A stretch of DNA of 61,650 nucleotides, filler included, from Choristocarpus tenellus KU-1152 (lineage: Eukaryota; Protista; Phaeophyceae): NCBI GenBank assembly GCA_964200185.2. It is 9 parts of 9 records of this genome, joined end to end, with 100 filler letters (N's around TTAATTAATTAA, not from the genome) between each part and the next. Parts side by side here need not be neighbours in the genome. Positions count along the whole stretch, not along the records: positions 45,492 to 53,207 come from CAXNAD020005697.1; positions 53,308 to 61,650 come from CAXNAD020004829.1; 7 more parts are not named here. One strand, given 5' to 3'. Below the pieces are notes generated by a model. That model did not search any database, was not told where the DNA came from, and worked only from the letters and a program-made list of their open reading frames with translations. A program made the translations under genes and the position numbers. Below are positions 50,956-61,650 of this stretch, one piece after another; position 1 is the stretch's first letter; the number at the start of each line of letters is the position of its first letter.

Positions 50956-51225
50956 GAGTCAAAGTATCTTAGAGGGTAGAGCTGCGTCCATTTGGGGACC
51001 AAAATCCAACGTTGCAATTTTGATGCAATTTTGATGCAATTTTGGCTGCCATCTTTGTTAGGAGATGTCAGTATCCTCGTTCCGGACACACCTTTTCATA
51101 ATGTATGCACTTTACCTACTCCGAAATATTTCGGTGTAGGTAAAATGTCATTAAAAACCCGTGGGAAGCCAAGCCCCAAATAGACAAACAGGGAAAACCT
51201 CGTACCCTCTAAGATACTTTCACTC
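50956..51225 (+). mobile_element. MITE family A inside the mariner relic
   Basis: TSD tcg/tcg. Removing the element plus one TCG restores the host frame YKRLIIEKVIPAIKA. Confidence 0.93.
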
Positions 51226-51719
51226 TCGAGAAGGTCATCCCGGCAATCAAGGCCGGCATCCCTGGCTAATAAGAACATACCATCTTCGTGCAGCAGGAGG
51301 GGGCAAGCCACACACCAACAGGGGGATCATGAAGGCAATTGAGGAGGCGGCGGGGGATGGCGTTGTCATAGAGATCCAGCGAGCCAGTTCACCTAAACTC
51401 AACGTCAATGACGTGGGATTCTTCCATTCCATCCAGAACTGAAGGAAGACATGGGGGTGGCCAACATCGAAGACCTGATGGAGGCCATAATGGAGGCTAT
51501 CGATGTGTACCCCCAGGAGACATTTGATCGCATCTGGCAGAGCCTCTTAGCAGTCTACGGTGAAGTGCTTGGGTTCAAGGGTAACAACATCTTCAAAATT
51601 CCCAATCTTAGCAAGGAAAAGGTGGAGAAGGTGGGCAAGCTCCCCCTGAATGCCACGATGGATGCGGCGAAATTCCGTGCTGGAAAGGATTTTCATAAGG
51701 CTTCGGGAGCGAAATCATA

Positions 51720-51976
51720 GAGCCGAAGTATCTTAGAGGGTAGAGCCGCGTCTATTTGGGGTCAAATTCAATGTTGCGATTTTGATGTGATTTTGGCTAT
51801 CGTGTTTGTTAGGAAGTGTCAATATCTATGTTTCGGACACACCTTTTCATAATGTATACGTTCTACCTAACCCTAAACATTTTGGAGTAGGAAAACGTCA
51901 TTTAAAAAAACATGGGAAGTCAAGCGCCAAATGGACAAACAGGGCAAACCTCGTACCCTCTAAGATACTTTCACTC
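51720..51976 (+). mobile_element. MITE family A
   Basis: TIRs present, flanks ata/aca. Confidence 0.9.
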
Positions 51977-53307
51977 ACAGATAAGTGTAGGCTGCCCTAT
52001 TTTGCTTGAGATTTTGATGGGCAAACTTTTAATGTCTGCACCAAAACACACCCATAAATTATGAACATGGGAAAATAAATTTTGCTTCTCTGGGAGGGCT
52101 GCAAAGATGATGTTACATTTAATTCCGAATGGACGGAAGTATCAGTTCTTCAACTTTCTAATTGTTCTTGTACTACGACTAGTTGTGTTACAGGTGCCCC
52201 CCAATGCTCACCTTCCCAGGATGTACAAGTCAAGTCCAATTCAAAGATTGTCGAACGTCAGCTCAGCTGAACAGGGGTACTCTCAAATGAATAAATCATT
52301 ATAACAAATGTATGTAACGTTTGACATCAGATAAGAGTGAGCTATGAGCGTCTTTTTCGGTCAGAATAACTGAGCCGATTTGAGCCGTTTTTAGGAAATC
52401 TAATCATCATTTGCCGTTTGGGGTTTTTCGGGTTTGTAAATACTGTTATGTATCTGAGAACCCTTTCCGACCATCCATCCATGACCCTCTACAACTACCC
52501 GAGTTACAGTTTATTCTGCAACTTTTAGGCAAATCGGAGTTCCCCCTTTTGGGGTTTCCCACGCGTGTATACTGCTCGCGCCAGTTAAAGCGCAGGAAGA
52601 AATACTCGCGCTATTCGCCTGTAACAGTTGTACTACTGCCTTTGTTCCAACCTTGCTTCTCGTGCATTGTGTTCAGTACTCTACCACCACTCCCATCTCC
52701 TCCCTTGGATCTTCTCCTAGACCCGTCCCGAAGTTTCCACATCGATCTTTGTCTGGCGTTTTTTATGAAAAGTACAGATGCACGATCTGTTACACTCGTG
52801 ACATGGAAAAGCACAATCGCAACCAGATTTTCGTGAAATGAAGTATGGCGTCAGAGGAGTTCGAACCTGCTAAATATATGAAGGTATTAATCGCTTCTTC
52901 CTTCGCCGCTGACTTTCCTACCAAAAAATAAAGAAGTGATACATAAAAAACTATATAGAACAACAAGAAAAGCCGGTACTTCATGAAATTTTAGTAGTAT
53001 ATATAGTGTTGGCAGTCGCCTCTAGGATGAGACCAATCTTGATCTTTTTGAAAAGGTTGCCCAACGAGTTAAACGACGATGAGAATATCAAATGAAAGCT
53101 CTGGATCTAAGCTATCAATAATGGCGCAAAGAACAGAGGATTTTCAAAATTGAGGATGGAGCGGGGCTATGAGGATGGTTGTTCTGCGAAAACGGTCTTA
53201 AAAAAGTNNNNNNNNNNNNNNNNNNNNNNNNNNNNNNNNNNNNNNNNNNNNTTAATTAATTAANNNNNNNNNNNNNNNNNNNNNNNNNNNNNNNNNNNNN
53301 NNNNNNN

Positions 53308-53476
53308 GGGGGGGGGGGGGGGGGGGGTCTACACCAGGGAGTCCATTTGGGCCAAAATCAGGAAAAGTGTATTTACATTATCCATCCGACTTATGCAACC
53401 AAATCCCCAAAAAATCGAGACATGAAAAAATTGACCTCATATGGACAGCCGCCACCCCCCCCAGATACTTTGACCC
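53308..53476 (-). mobile_element. MITE family B (left TIR lost at contig start)
   Basis: polyG-tctacaccagggagtccatttgg...atggacagccgccacccccccagatactttgaccc. Confidence 0.88.
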
Positions 53477-53966
53477 CCTTCTAACTGAAAGCAATACAGG
53501 TTCTGTTGTTGCAAACGCTGTGTTCATGCTCCTAGTTGAGATGTGGTAGCAGCCTCAACCCTCAAGCCTGTACGTAGATAGAGATAGTGAGGCTTGATGA
53601 CAGCGCCACAATTACTGATATTCAAACCTGGTGGATCTGTCGTTTTCATTGTTGACTTTTATGATGGCTTGTTCGAGAATACGAAATATAAATAGACTGA
53701 ACCACAGGGCGTGAATGGTCTCACAATGACTATAAGATTGATATACAGTCAACAACCTCAATATATTCGAAACACATACGACTTCAAGCTCACAATGGCG
53801 TATTGTGAAACGGCGTTTAAGAACCGTTGCCTGTAATGTGCCTTCAAGTTGAAGTATAACTGTATCAATGCGAAGAACAGGCGATTGGACAAGGAAATGA
53901 AATTTTGTCCTTATCCTATCATGAAGGCAGCAGAAATGAAATTACTGTGTCACTTTCAGATTCAAA

Positions 53967-54153
53967 GGCTCAGAGTATCTGGGTGGGTGGGTGTGGGTCT
54001 ACACAAGAGTGTCTATTCGGACCCTGACCAGGAAAAGTGCGCTTACACTATCCATCTGACAACATGGAACCAAATCACCCAAAAATTGCGACATGTAAAA
54101 ATGTGCCCAAAATGGACAGCCGCCACGCCACCCCTCAACAGATACTTCGAGCC
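53967..54153 (-). mobile_element. MITE family B, complete
   Basis: GGCTCAGAGTATCT...AGATACTTCGAGCC. TSD aaa/aaa. Confidence 0.9.
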
Positions 54154-54636
54154 AAAGATATATCAGTAGGCAGTGTTAGGGATCGTGCGCAGGAGGAAAC
54201 TTGGACTTAAACGATCAAGAAAACCTTTAAGGACACAAAAAAATCACATTCACATCGACGTTGGGTACTGTCATAGAAAGTCTCCCTCTTTCAGAACTAT
54301 GGATACAAATAAATGCAGACACATCAATAAACTGTCTCGTTTTCATTGAAAGAGTCTCCTCTCGTTGAAACCAAACCCAGAAGGGTAGTGTGCCCCACTC
54401 ATCCAATGGAACGATCTTCCCACCAAAACGTTTTTACGATTCCCTGAGTACTCTTTTTCACTGCTCGCCCAAAGACTGGAGACCCCTGACACGATCCCCT
54501 CCTCTTTGTCGCCTTCTCAAGATACTCAGTCTGAGTACACACTCTTCTCTTCCTTCTGTCACATCTTATTTACAGGAGTGCCCTGCGGGCAATAGAAAGA
54601 GTGCACCCCCACTCGGGGCAAAGAGTCGAATTAAGG

Positions 54637-54910
54637 GAGAGGTGCCCAGGGTTGCATTTTTAGGGTGACGAAAAATGTACGTAAATTTCGGCATTTTATA
54701 CAAATGAGTTTAGGAAGTTTTCTAAATTTGGTCGAAAAATTTCAAACAATTGAAAAACAACTGTCTCGAATCAATTTTGGTACTTCATCCATAGAAATAT
54801 GGGTGAATCGAAGAAGATTTTAAAAGCAACCTAAAATGCAAAGCAAACAAGACCTGGGCAATCTCTCGTTTATTTTGGCTCAGAGGGTTTTGCATTGAAG
54901 GGTACCTCTC
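54637..54910 (+). mobile_element. Older MITE-like family C
   Basis: Short TIR GAGAGGTGCCC...GGGTACCTCTC. Homologous to 6584-6811; no clean TSD. Confidence 0.6.
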
Positions 54911-56049
54911 TGACAGGGCTAGAGTTAAGTCCGTGTATGTATCTTTGTTCTTATTCAAAGTTACTGGAGTACATTTATCTGTCTCAAGTTTCCCCCCCTG
55001 CTATTGTTTTTGTCGGACAGGAAGCAGGGGGATTGTGTCATACATGTTTCACTGATTACTGTGAGTCAGTGGTTTTAGCAATATATTTTATTGTCTATCA
55101 CATGAGGGGTCACCTGGAGTGGTCAGGTTGAGTTAATAACCAAGCATGATGCTATACTTAATTTCGAATTCTACTGGCATACGAAGAAAAGTAGATGAGC
55201 TGGGTACATACTATCATTCACTCCTTTTTGTAAAGTGAAGAACAAGAATGCTTGCAACATACAAATACCATACTGAAAACAACAATTTCGTGCCGTTCTT
55301 TTGTCAGGTATTAATGCCTTTGAAAGCACAGTTCGAGCAGTAGAGCAAATATGATTCAAACAACAGTAATGTATGAACACTGTTCACGTACTTATTGGGG
55401 ATGGGGTAGTAGCCTCCCCACTTAAACATGTAGGTATTTGTGAAGATCAAGGCTTGATAACAGTGCCCCAATGAGTAATCGTCAAGTATGGTGGATCTCT
55501 TGCTTTTGGTTTTTGACTTTATGGTTAGATCAATAATATTAACAAACTGAATCACGAGGTACGAGGATGGCCTCACAATGACGACACAATAAATTAAAAA
55601 CAACCCCAATATATAGTATATAGGACTTACAGCATATAATGTCGTTTCTGAAACCACCGTTAATATCCGTCTTTTGTAACATAGCTGTCATGTTTGTTGT
55701 ATTCTTTGCCTTAAATGTTTTTCCTTGTTCCTACACGATAATATCTGCAAAGTTTCAGGACGGACAGTAAGATATACCATGTGGTATATGGTACAAAATA
55801 TGCACTATTTTATATTCCAATGTATATAAATACAGCAGTACTACATACTTTGGGAAAATACAGTTGTCAACAGAAGTAGGCGTATGGCATTGTAAGAACT
55901 AAGATTCTCCTCAAAAGATTGGCATTCAATTCTGTACACACACATACACACACACAATGTATATGTACGTACATATACATAATAAATGCATACATACATA
56001 CATACATACATACCTCTTAGTTGGTTTGACTCAACCTCCCCAAACATAA

Positions 56050-56311
56050 GAGTGAAAGTATCTTATAGAAGGTACGAGTTTTACCCTGTTTGTCCATTTA
56101 GGGCTTGGCTTCCCATGGGTTCTTTCATGACATTTTCCTACTCCAAAAATGTTTAGAAGTAGGTAAAGTCTGTATGATATGAAAAGGTGTATCCGAAACA
56201 TGGATATTGACTCTTCCTAACAAACACGGTAGTCAAAATTACATCAAAATCGCAACATTGGATTTTAACCCCCAAATGGACGCGGCTCTACCCTCTAAGA
56301 TACTTTGATTC
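56050..56311 (-). mobile_element. MITE family A
   Basis: TIRs present, flanks taa/tat. Confidence 0.9.
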
Positions 56312-58213
56312 TATAAGCACTTTTGGAAGTCGCTCATCTTCTATGCACGCAACTGCTCCACGAAATAGGTATATCCTTTTGCGCACAGATCAGCCCAATT
56401 CCCTCACACTCAGTTTTCACAAGTATATATTTCTTTGTAACATAGTACGCGATAGGTGGATCCCCATTTGTGAAATCTCCTTCTGTGAAAGAGGAATTGA
56501 CGTGATCCAAGCAAAGCTTCAGATAGTGGACCTGGCAGAGTATCACTTCTATGTAACAGAACCTCGAGCACTTAATCCTTGAGCGTTCAAATTTCGTAAT
56601 CCCAAGTAATTCACCTGAAGTCCTCACATAGAGCACTTGACTGAGTGATACTTTCTGACGCAAGTCTCAAGTGTGTTTCAGCGGGTAACCTGTGGAAAAA
56701 TAGAACCGGCATCATTCCCAAAATCTCTCAGTCAGAAATATGGCGAAATATAGTATCCACTTCCAATCTCCCTCGGAAATATTTTACTTTGTTTGCTCTG
56801 AGTACCCTCAGCAGCCAGTGTTAGTTAGCAGTCTGGAACTGTTTTCCGTTCTGGTAGTACTCTATTGTCTCCTGTGCTACGGGATCACTTGTGATGTGGG
56901 TTTGTAGGCTATCCCAAACAAAAATTATTTTGCAACCTGCGTCCTACAACTCAAACTGGTATGTGACACATTACTTCAACCTGACTTCCCAAGAGCTCAA
57001 AACCCTGTAAACCCAATAAATTACTCCACAATACAAGTACTATATATAGAGGTATGTTCCGTAGTTCTACAGTATGCAGGGTTAAACATCTGTATCATCG
57101 TCTGATTTAAAACCACAAAACCAATCCTTAAACTCCAAAGTTGTTCAGGTGACGAGTTGCAGTCGACATTTTCGACAGCTCAGCAGGCAGACGAGGGTGT
57201 TTTGCTGGGCCTCAACAGTTGTGACTGCCTTCCCCAATATCTATGGTAAGCCTTACCTATATTTTACATTCTACATTGTGTGATGGGATCCACTTGACTA
57301 AGTCAAACATCCACACCAACACAACATACCTAGGCGATGAACCAGCCAGAAACCTGCGAACTGTAAGCCTGAAGGCTTCAGAGTCACTGGCGGCAATTGT
57401 TTCCTGGTGGGGTGTTTCGGATATACCCGTAATTAATCGCATTGAAGACAATCTGATATATCGACATATCGGTCTAGCACGACAGTTCAAGGCAAAAGGT
57501 TGTTGGCAGTCAAGGTTCAAACTAGCCTTCACCTGTTATCGTCGTTCAACTTCAACCTTCACCCCTCAACCTTACTCTTATCATTGGTTCTGTTCAAGTT
57601 TCTGATTTTGTGACTTTTATAGATGCAGTAGAGATAAAGTATTCAATTCTATGTCGACTCACCATCTCTAGGTTTGTATTAATTTCAATCGATACTATAA
57701 ATACTAATGTGGTCGAAATAACAATTACTAGAAAATATGTCAGGTGTTGATGGGGTTCGAACCCGGGAAATTCAACCATTGATCCCTAAAAGACATGTTG
57801 AAGGAGGAGGAGATGAAGTACATACATGAACACCAATCCCCATTTCCAAACATCGCCTTGGATATCACGAGGTGCGCATTTTAAACAGGAAGGACGGGAT
57901 AGATCACAATAAGTTAGCCAGGTGTCTAGCCCAGATATGGAGATGGATTTCAGTGGAGCCTAAGGTTTCATGACGTCACTCGTTCGTTGTATGGTTGACT
58001 TGTCAGTTCTAGTAGTGCTGCCAGCGAACATCGTATTCGACAGTGCCTTCTTTAGTTTCGCCTCCATTGCCTTCCCCTCCTTGATGCCGCCCTTTAAAAT
58101 TGAGTAGTCATAGTGTCATTTTTCGTCGAGTCTGCTTCCTCAAGAATCGTACATCATGCTCATTCACGAACTCCGCCCAGGTGAGCTTGAGGGTCCGTGG
58201 AAGCGACAGGAAG

Positions 58214-58482
58214 ATGACGGGGACTGTAACGAACCTAGGAGTAGCATTCTGGGCCTGGCCACTCCTGCTCTCAGGCTCAGCCTTTCCCTTGCAAGTTCCG
58301 TTTTCGAAACAGCTTCGATATAACCACTTGTCATTGAGGGGCGGGGAGTGTCGGAGCATACCACAATTTTCAAACCTAAATTGGAAATTGGAAAGGAATC
58401 TAAGCGAGGAGAGAGCGGATGGAGGGGCTTTGTTTGGTGGGCTGTCAAGGGTGAAGGAGCTCCGTACTGATGCGATTATGAG
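58214..58482 (+). CDS. Putative first exon with signal peptide and bipartite-presequence-like region
   Basis: MTGTVTNLGVAFWAWPLLLSGSA|FPLQVPFSKQLRYNHLSLRGG...: hydrophobic stretch, a GSA|F cleavage-like site, an LRGG motif, and an AG|GTGAAT donor. Downstream exons were not found. Confidence 0.45.
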
Positions 58483-61400
58483 GTGAATGAAGCAGGATGA
58501 AGAACAATGGAAGGGATTACCTACCTATCGTCCTGTGTATTATTGTCGAATGTGATGTTTGGGATAGGCGAATTTTACGCATCGTATGTGTGGAATTCGC
58601 TTCAGGGTTGGAAGGGCACTGCTGGGAAGCTTGCATTAATTTGTGTGAAGGTGTAGATGTGACGCTGTGCATTGCATACTCGTGATACACACTGGATGGA
58701 TCGGTGGAAGAGCAAGAAGTGTTTGATTGGAGATCACACTCGCAAAATCCTCAAGAGTCAAACTATCTGTCCATGTCCTGCCAGGCGATGGAACAGGCCG
58801 TTTACCTTTCACTTGGATTATTTTTAATGGGGAATTAGATGGAAGCGCCCTAAAGTCTTGCACTAGGATATTTCGGTAGGGTATACCCTGAAGAGCTGAA
58901 CAGCTCGATTGGATTTTCCGCTTCATCAGCACCTTCCCACATTATCAATTTCTCGGCACATTGATTTGCAATCAACTCTTCACACCCTCTCCAATAGATA
59001 CTGCTAGAGATCAAGTACATGGTTAATATTTTTATTTGTCAGTGAGAGGTTGTGCTCCCTCAACAAATGCTCGAAGTGGACCCAAGTGTGTAGGAGTGGT
59101 TAAGAATATATACGCATTGGCATTGCCTTTTCGATGTGGATGAAAATGTTTGGCTTTTTGAGTGCACCAATTCATCCTCAGCATGAAACCTCCTAACACC
59201 TTTCCATTCCGCTGAACCCCCATTTTTGGTCTCCAGAAATATGGGATTTCCCACATACTGTTGGTTACACCTCCACCCAAATTTCCCTTGTTATTCTTAC
59301 TTGTGAAGGTATGGTATGATCGCTGTAAAACAGTTGGATGGTATGGTGTAGTAGCAGCACCCCTGATTATCTATGGTGGCGAGGGTTATGTCAACAGGAA
59401 GCAACAGTACATCATAGATTTATGCAGTATGACAACCATAGTGACTACCTTACAAAACTCTTTTCTTTATTATTATGCGGTTCCATCTGTTGATGTGTGA
59501 AGCTTGAGATCCACATTTGCCAACATTTGAAATATGATGCCGAGACCACCTGTTGTTGTGGCCAAAGGCATAGCACTTTAAACAGCTCTAAGAACTTAAC
59601 ACTATCATTAACACCTCTCCCGATCCGATGAAGACTTCCGACCCACCTCTGTGTACATCCAGACCATTAGGTAAGTCGCGCAGGAATGATCCTGCAAAGG
59701 TGGCACGTCTTGCAGAATCAATTGCAGGTGAGATGTGGACTGGTGTTTGGCTTGATTTATATACATACATTCTAATTCCTCAGTATAACAAGAGGAATAT
59801 TAACCCATTGTACCTCTGGAGGTGTGTGCCTTGAATACACTAAGCTCTAGAGTACTCTGAATAGTGATGAAGGTAACATGATTGCTTGTGCCATACACTA
59901 TTGAAGCAGGTCAAGTAATACATGGGAGTTGTCTTGTGACTTGATTAACATGAGGTCAAGAGTTTACGAAGTTTACGCTCCATTTGATGGTGGACTATTC
60001 TCCAACAGCTATTGCAGATGCCCCTGACAAACCTCTGGCCACTTTCCTCAAACAGAAGTTTGACATCCATTTTTTTTCCCCTTGATCTCGAATGTCCAGA
60101 CTCCACAAACCATCGCCATTTTAGTAATTTTGTTGACCGTCTGCAGATATGACATTGTGTTTGTATTTCCAATTCTGTGACAAACAGCATATCATGCAGA
60201 GTACTTGTTTACTCGGTCTTCCTTTGAAGACAAATCAAATGCAGACTCTTTCAACCCTCTACTGAGACACCTGTGACAGGACCAATGTCGCAATAGATCT
60301 TACTGTCTCCTTTCTGCTATTTTTTAATGGTGGCATTATATACAACGTGAGGTGGCATCAATCCCATGTTCCATTGGTCTACCTATTCATTTGCTGCTGG
60401 TCTCCTCACCTGTTTATTCTGTTTTGTTAAAAGTGCTCCACTGTATCTCACTGTTTTCAGACGCTGCAGTTTTTTAAAAGCACTTCACCATGGCATTGCC
60501 CCTCACACCATCTCCATTATGATTGTGTCTGCCATCAATTACTGTGTGTCACAACAATCCGCCACCTTTCCTCCTTCACAGTGAATAAGACACCTGCCTT
60601 TGAAAACCTCTTACTTCAAAGTAGCTTTTTGAGGGTGTTGCTGATTGTTTTCCTTTCCCAGCAGGGCCAGCAATCAAAATCTTGCTCCTCTGCTGCCAGC
60701 ACTGGCACTTTCCTGTGCAGAATATAATTACCATGTTTGGAAATACCAGCAATGACTGGCTATCTCATGCATTTGCAAATGTCTAATGGTTCAACCCACT
60801 TAGGTAGATATGTATCAAGGAGAGAATTAAGTTGTTAAATGAACGACCAGTAGAAAGGATCAAATCTCTCATGCGTTCACAGTTATCTAAATATTTAACC
60901 AACTTATGTGGAAACCTATCAAGGAGAGGATGAGGTTGAAAGAGTACGACCAGTGGAAAGGATTTTAAAATTCCATAGACATCTATAAATTTGTTGGCTT
61001 ATGGTCTGAGCAGGATATCATTAGTGCTCAGTAGGAGAATGGGGAACGATTGCTGGACCTGTTGAGAAAAGGGACAATATTGGTATTTAATTGTGGGCTC
61101 CGAAGAATGGCACGGTCTTCAAGTGAAACTGGGATGTGTGAACATTGATCTTGTACCTGGGTGCTAACCTGTTCAAGATTGTGACGCGATACGCCCATTA
61201 GATACCTGTACTTACAGATAATGTTTCGCACAATTTCTCTCTCCAGCACAACAATGCTCTTGGTTGCCTAAAAACTCCCAAATCTTTTCTGATAACAAAC
61301 ATGATGTGTATCACTACTACTACTACTTCAAGATATTCGAAATGTCGTATTTTGAATTTCGGAGCACTTATAATGTAGGTATTTTGTCAATTATATTATC

Positions 61401-61483
61401 TTACGTGGAAATTGGAAGGTAACATGATGAGTGCAAGTTGCAATTTCTTCACAATTGACGCAACCAAGGATTAGGTGGCAAAA

Positions 61484-61650
61484 GGCTCAAAGTATCTGGG
61501 GGAGGTGGCGGTTGTTCATTCAGCGCCCATCTTCATTTCTCCATTTTGGGTGATTTGTGTGCGTCGGGTGGATAATATAAATTCACTTCTCCTGGTCAGG
61601 GCCCGAATGGACACCCTGTTGTAGACCCTCCCCCCCCCCCCCCCCCCCTT
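61484..61650 (+). mobile_element. MITE family B (runs off window)
   Basis: GGCTCAAAGTATCTGGGGGAGGTGGCGG...gaatggacaccctgttgtagaccc-polyC. Confidence 0.85.

Larger units (their letters stand above)
49970..51719 (+). pseudogene. DD39D (PlantMar-like) mariner transposase relic, interrupted by two family-A MITEs and abutted by a third
   Basis: Degenerate motifs in the expected order: GxSIGTLHTVL (HTH-like), KPLL..KVNRIGF, YDWVH..EMWFY, KYYITKVVFLAAVAHPR, WFDGKIG, YKRLIIEKVIPAIKA (restored across the MITE at 50956), QRASSPKLNVNDVGFFHSIQ, GNNIFKIP. Contains frameshifts and stops; the 5' boundary is approximate. Confidence 0.85.

Noticed and set aside
31800-51719. The two ITm transposase relics as mobilisers of families A/B
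   Set aside because: ITm elements duplicate TA, whereas A/B make unspecific 3-4-bp TSDs. Family A also inserted into the mariner relic.
4080-53307. Recurrent TTAATTAATTAA motif and ORFs ending in ..XXXLIN
   Set aside because: Artificial six-frame-stop linker between contigs; not biological.
1274-56311. Recurrent short ORFs (MLGSVNILVPDTPFHN.., MSGTRILTLPNK.., YPLRYF) as a peptide family, or the repeats as a CRISPR-like array
   Set aside because: These are translations of MITE copies with inconsistent frames and stops. The copies are dispersed, in both orientations, with TSDs, and have no regular spacers.
56343-56582. AKLQIVDLAE resembling kinesin switch II
   Set aside because: Lacks GSE, there is no SSRSH or P-loop nearby, and no convincing exon structure.

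Overview
Eukaryotic, intron-rich, repeat-dense genomic DNA, probably from a photosynthetic stramenopile such as a brown alga or a close relative (inferred from the gene sequences and element types, not proven). The window is a pseudo-scaffold of 9 contigs joined by eight artificial 100-bp N44-TTAATTAATTAA-N44 linkers, so adjacency across linkers means nothing. Host genes that can be reconstructed: a multi-exon WD40 gene (+, about 5021-11140), the 5' five exons of a TopBP1/Rad4-like tandem-BRCT gene (-, 18015-15595) and the last three exons of Vps34/PI3K class III (+, 28130-29598). Three of their introns need GC-AG donors. Transposon relics: a DD39D/PlantMar-type mariner transposase, a second IS630-Tc1-mariner transposase, and two pieces of a restriction-like endonuclease (RLE) non-LTR retrotransposon. 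The dominant signal is about 30 copies or fragments of two short non-autonomous TIR families: A (about 255 bp, 19 copies) and B (about 180 bp, 11 copies or ends). Their interiors are largely different but they share one end grammar: a terminal GRSY(C/G)-AAAG(T/C)AT(C/T)T box plus an internal GTCCATTTGG box located 30 bp from one end and about 40 bp from the other (one helical turn of asymmetry, reminiscent of the 12/23 rule). They have sequence-unspecific 3(-4)-bp TSDs, terminal pentamers that occur as reverse-complement allele pairs, and mutual nesting. A longer relative with a 127-bp subterminal tandem array is also visible. The cognate transposase was not identified. Strand labels for A/B copies are arbitrary: + means the 30-bp-offset end is on the left.
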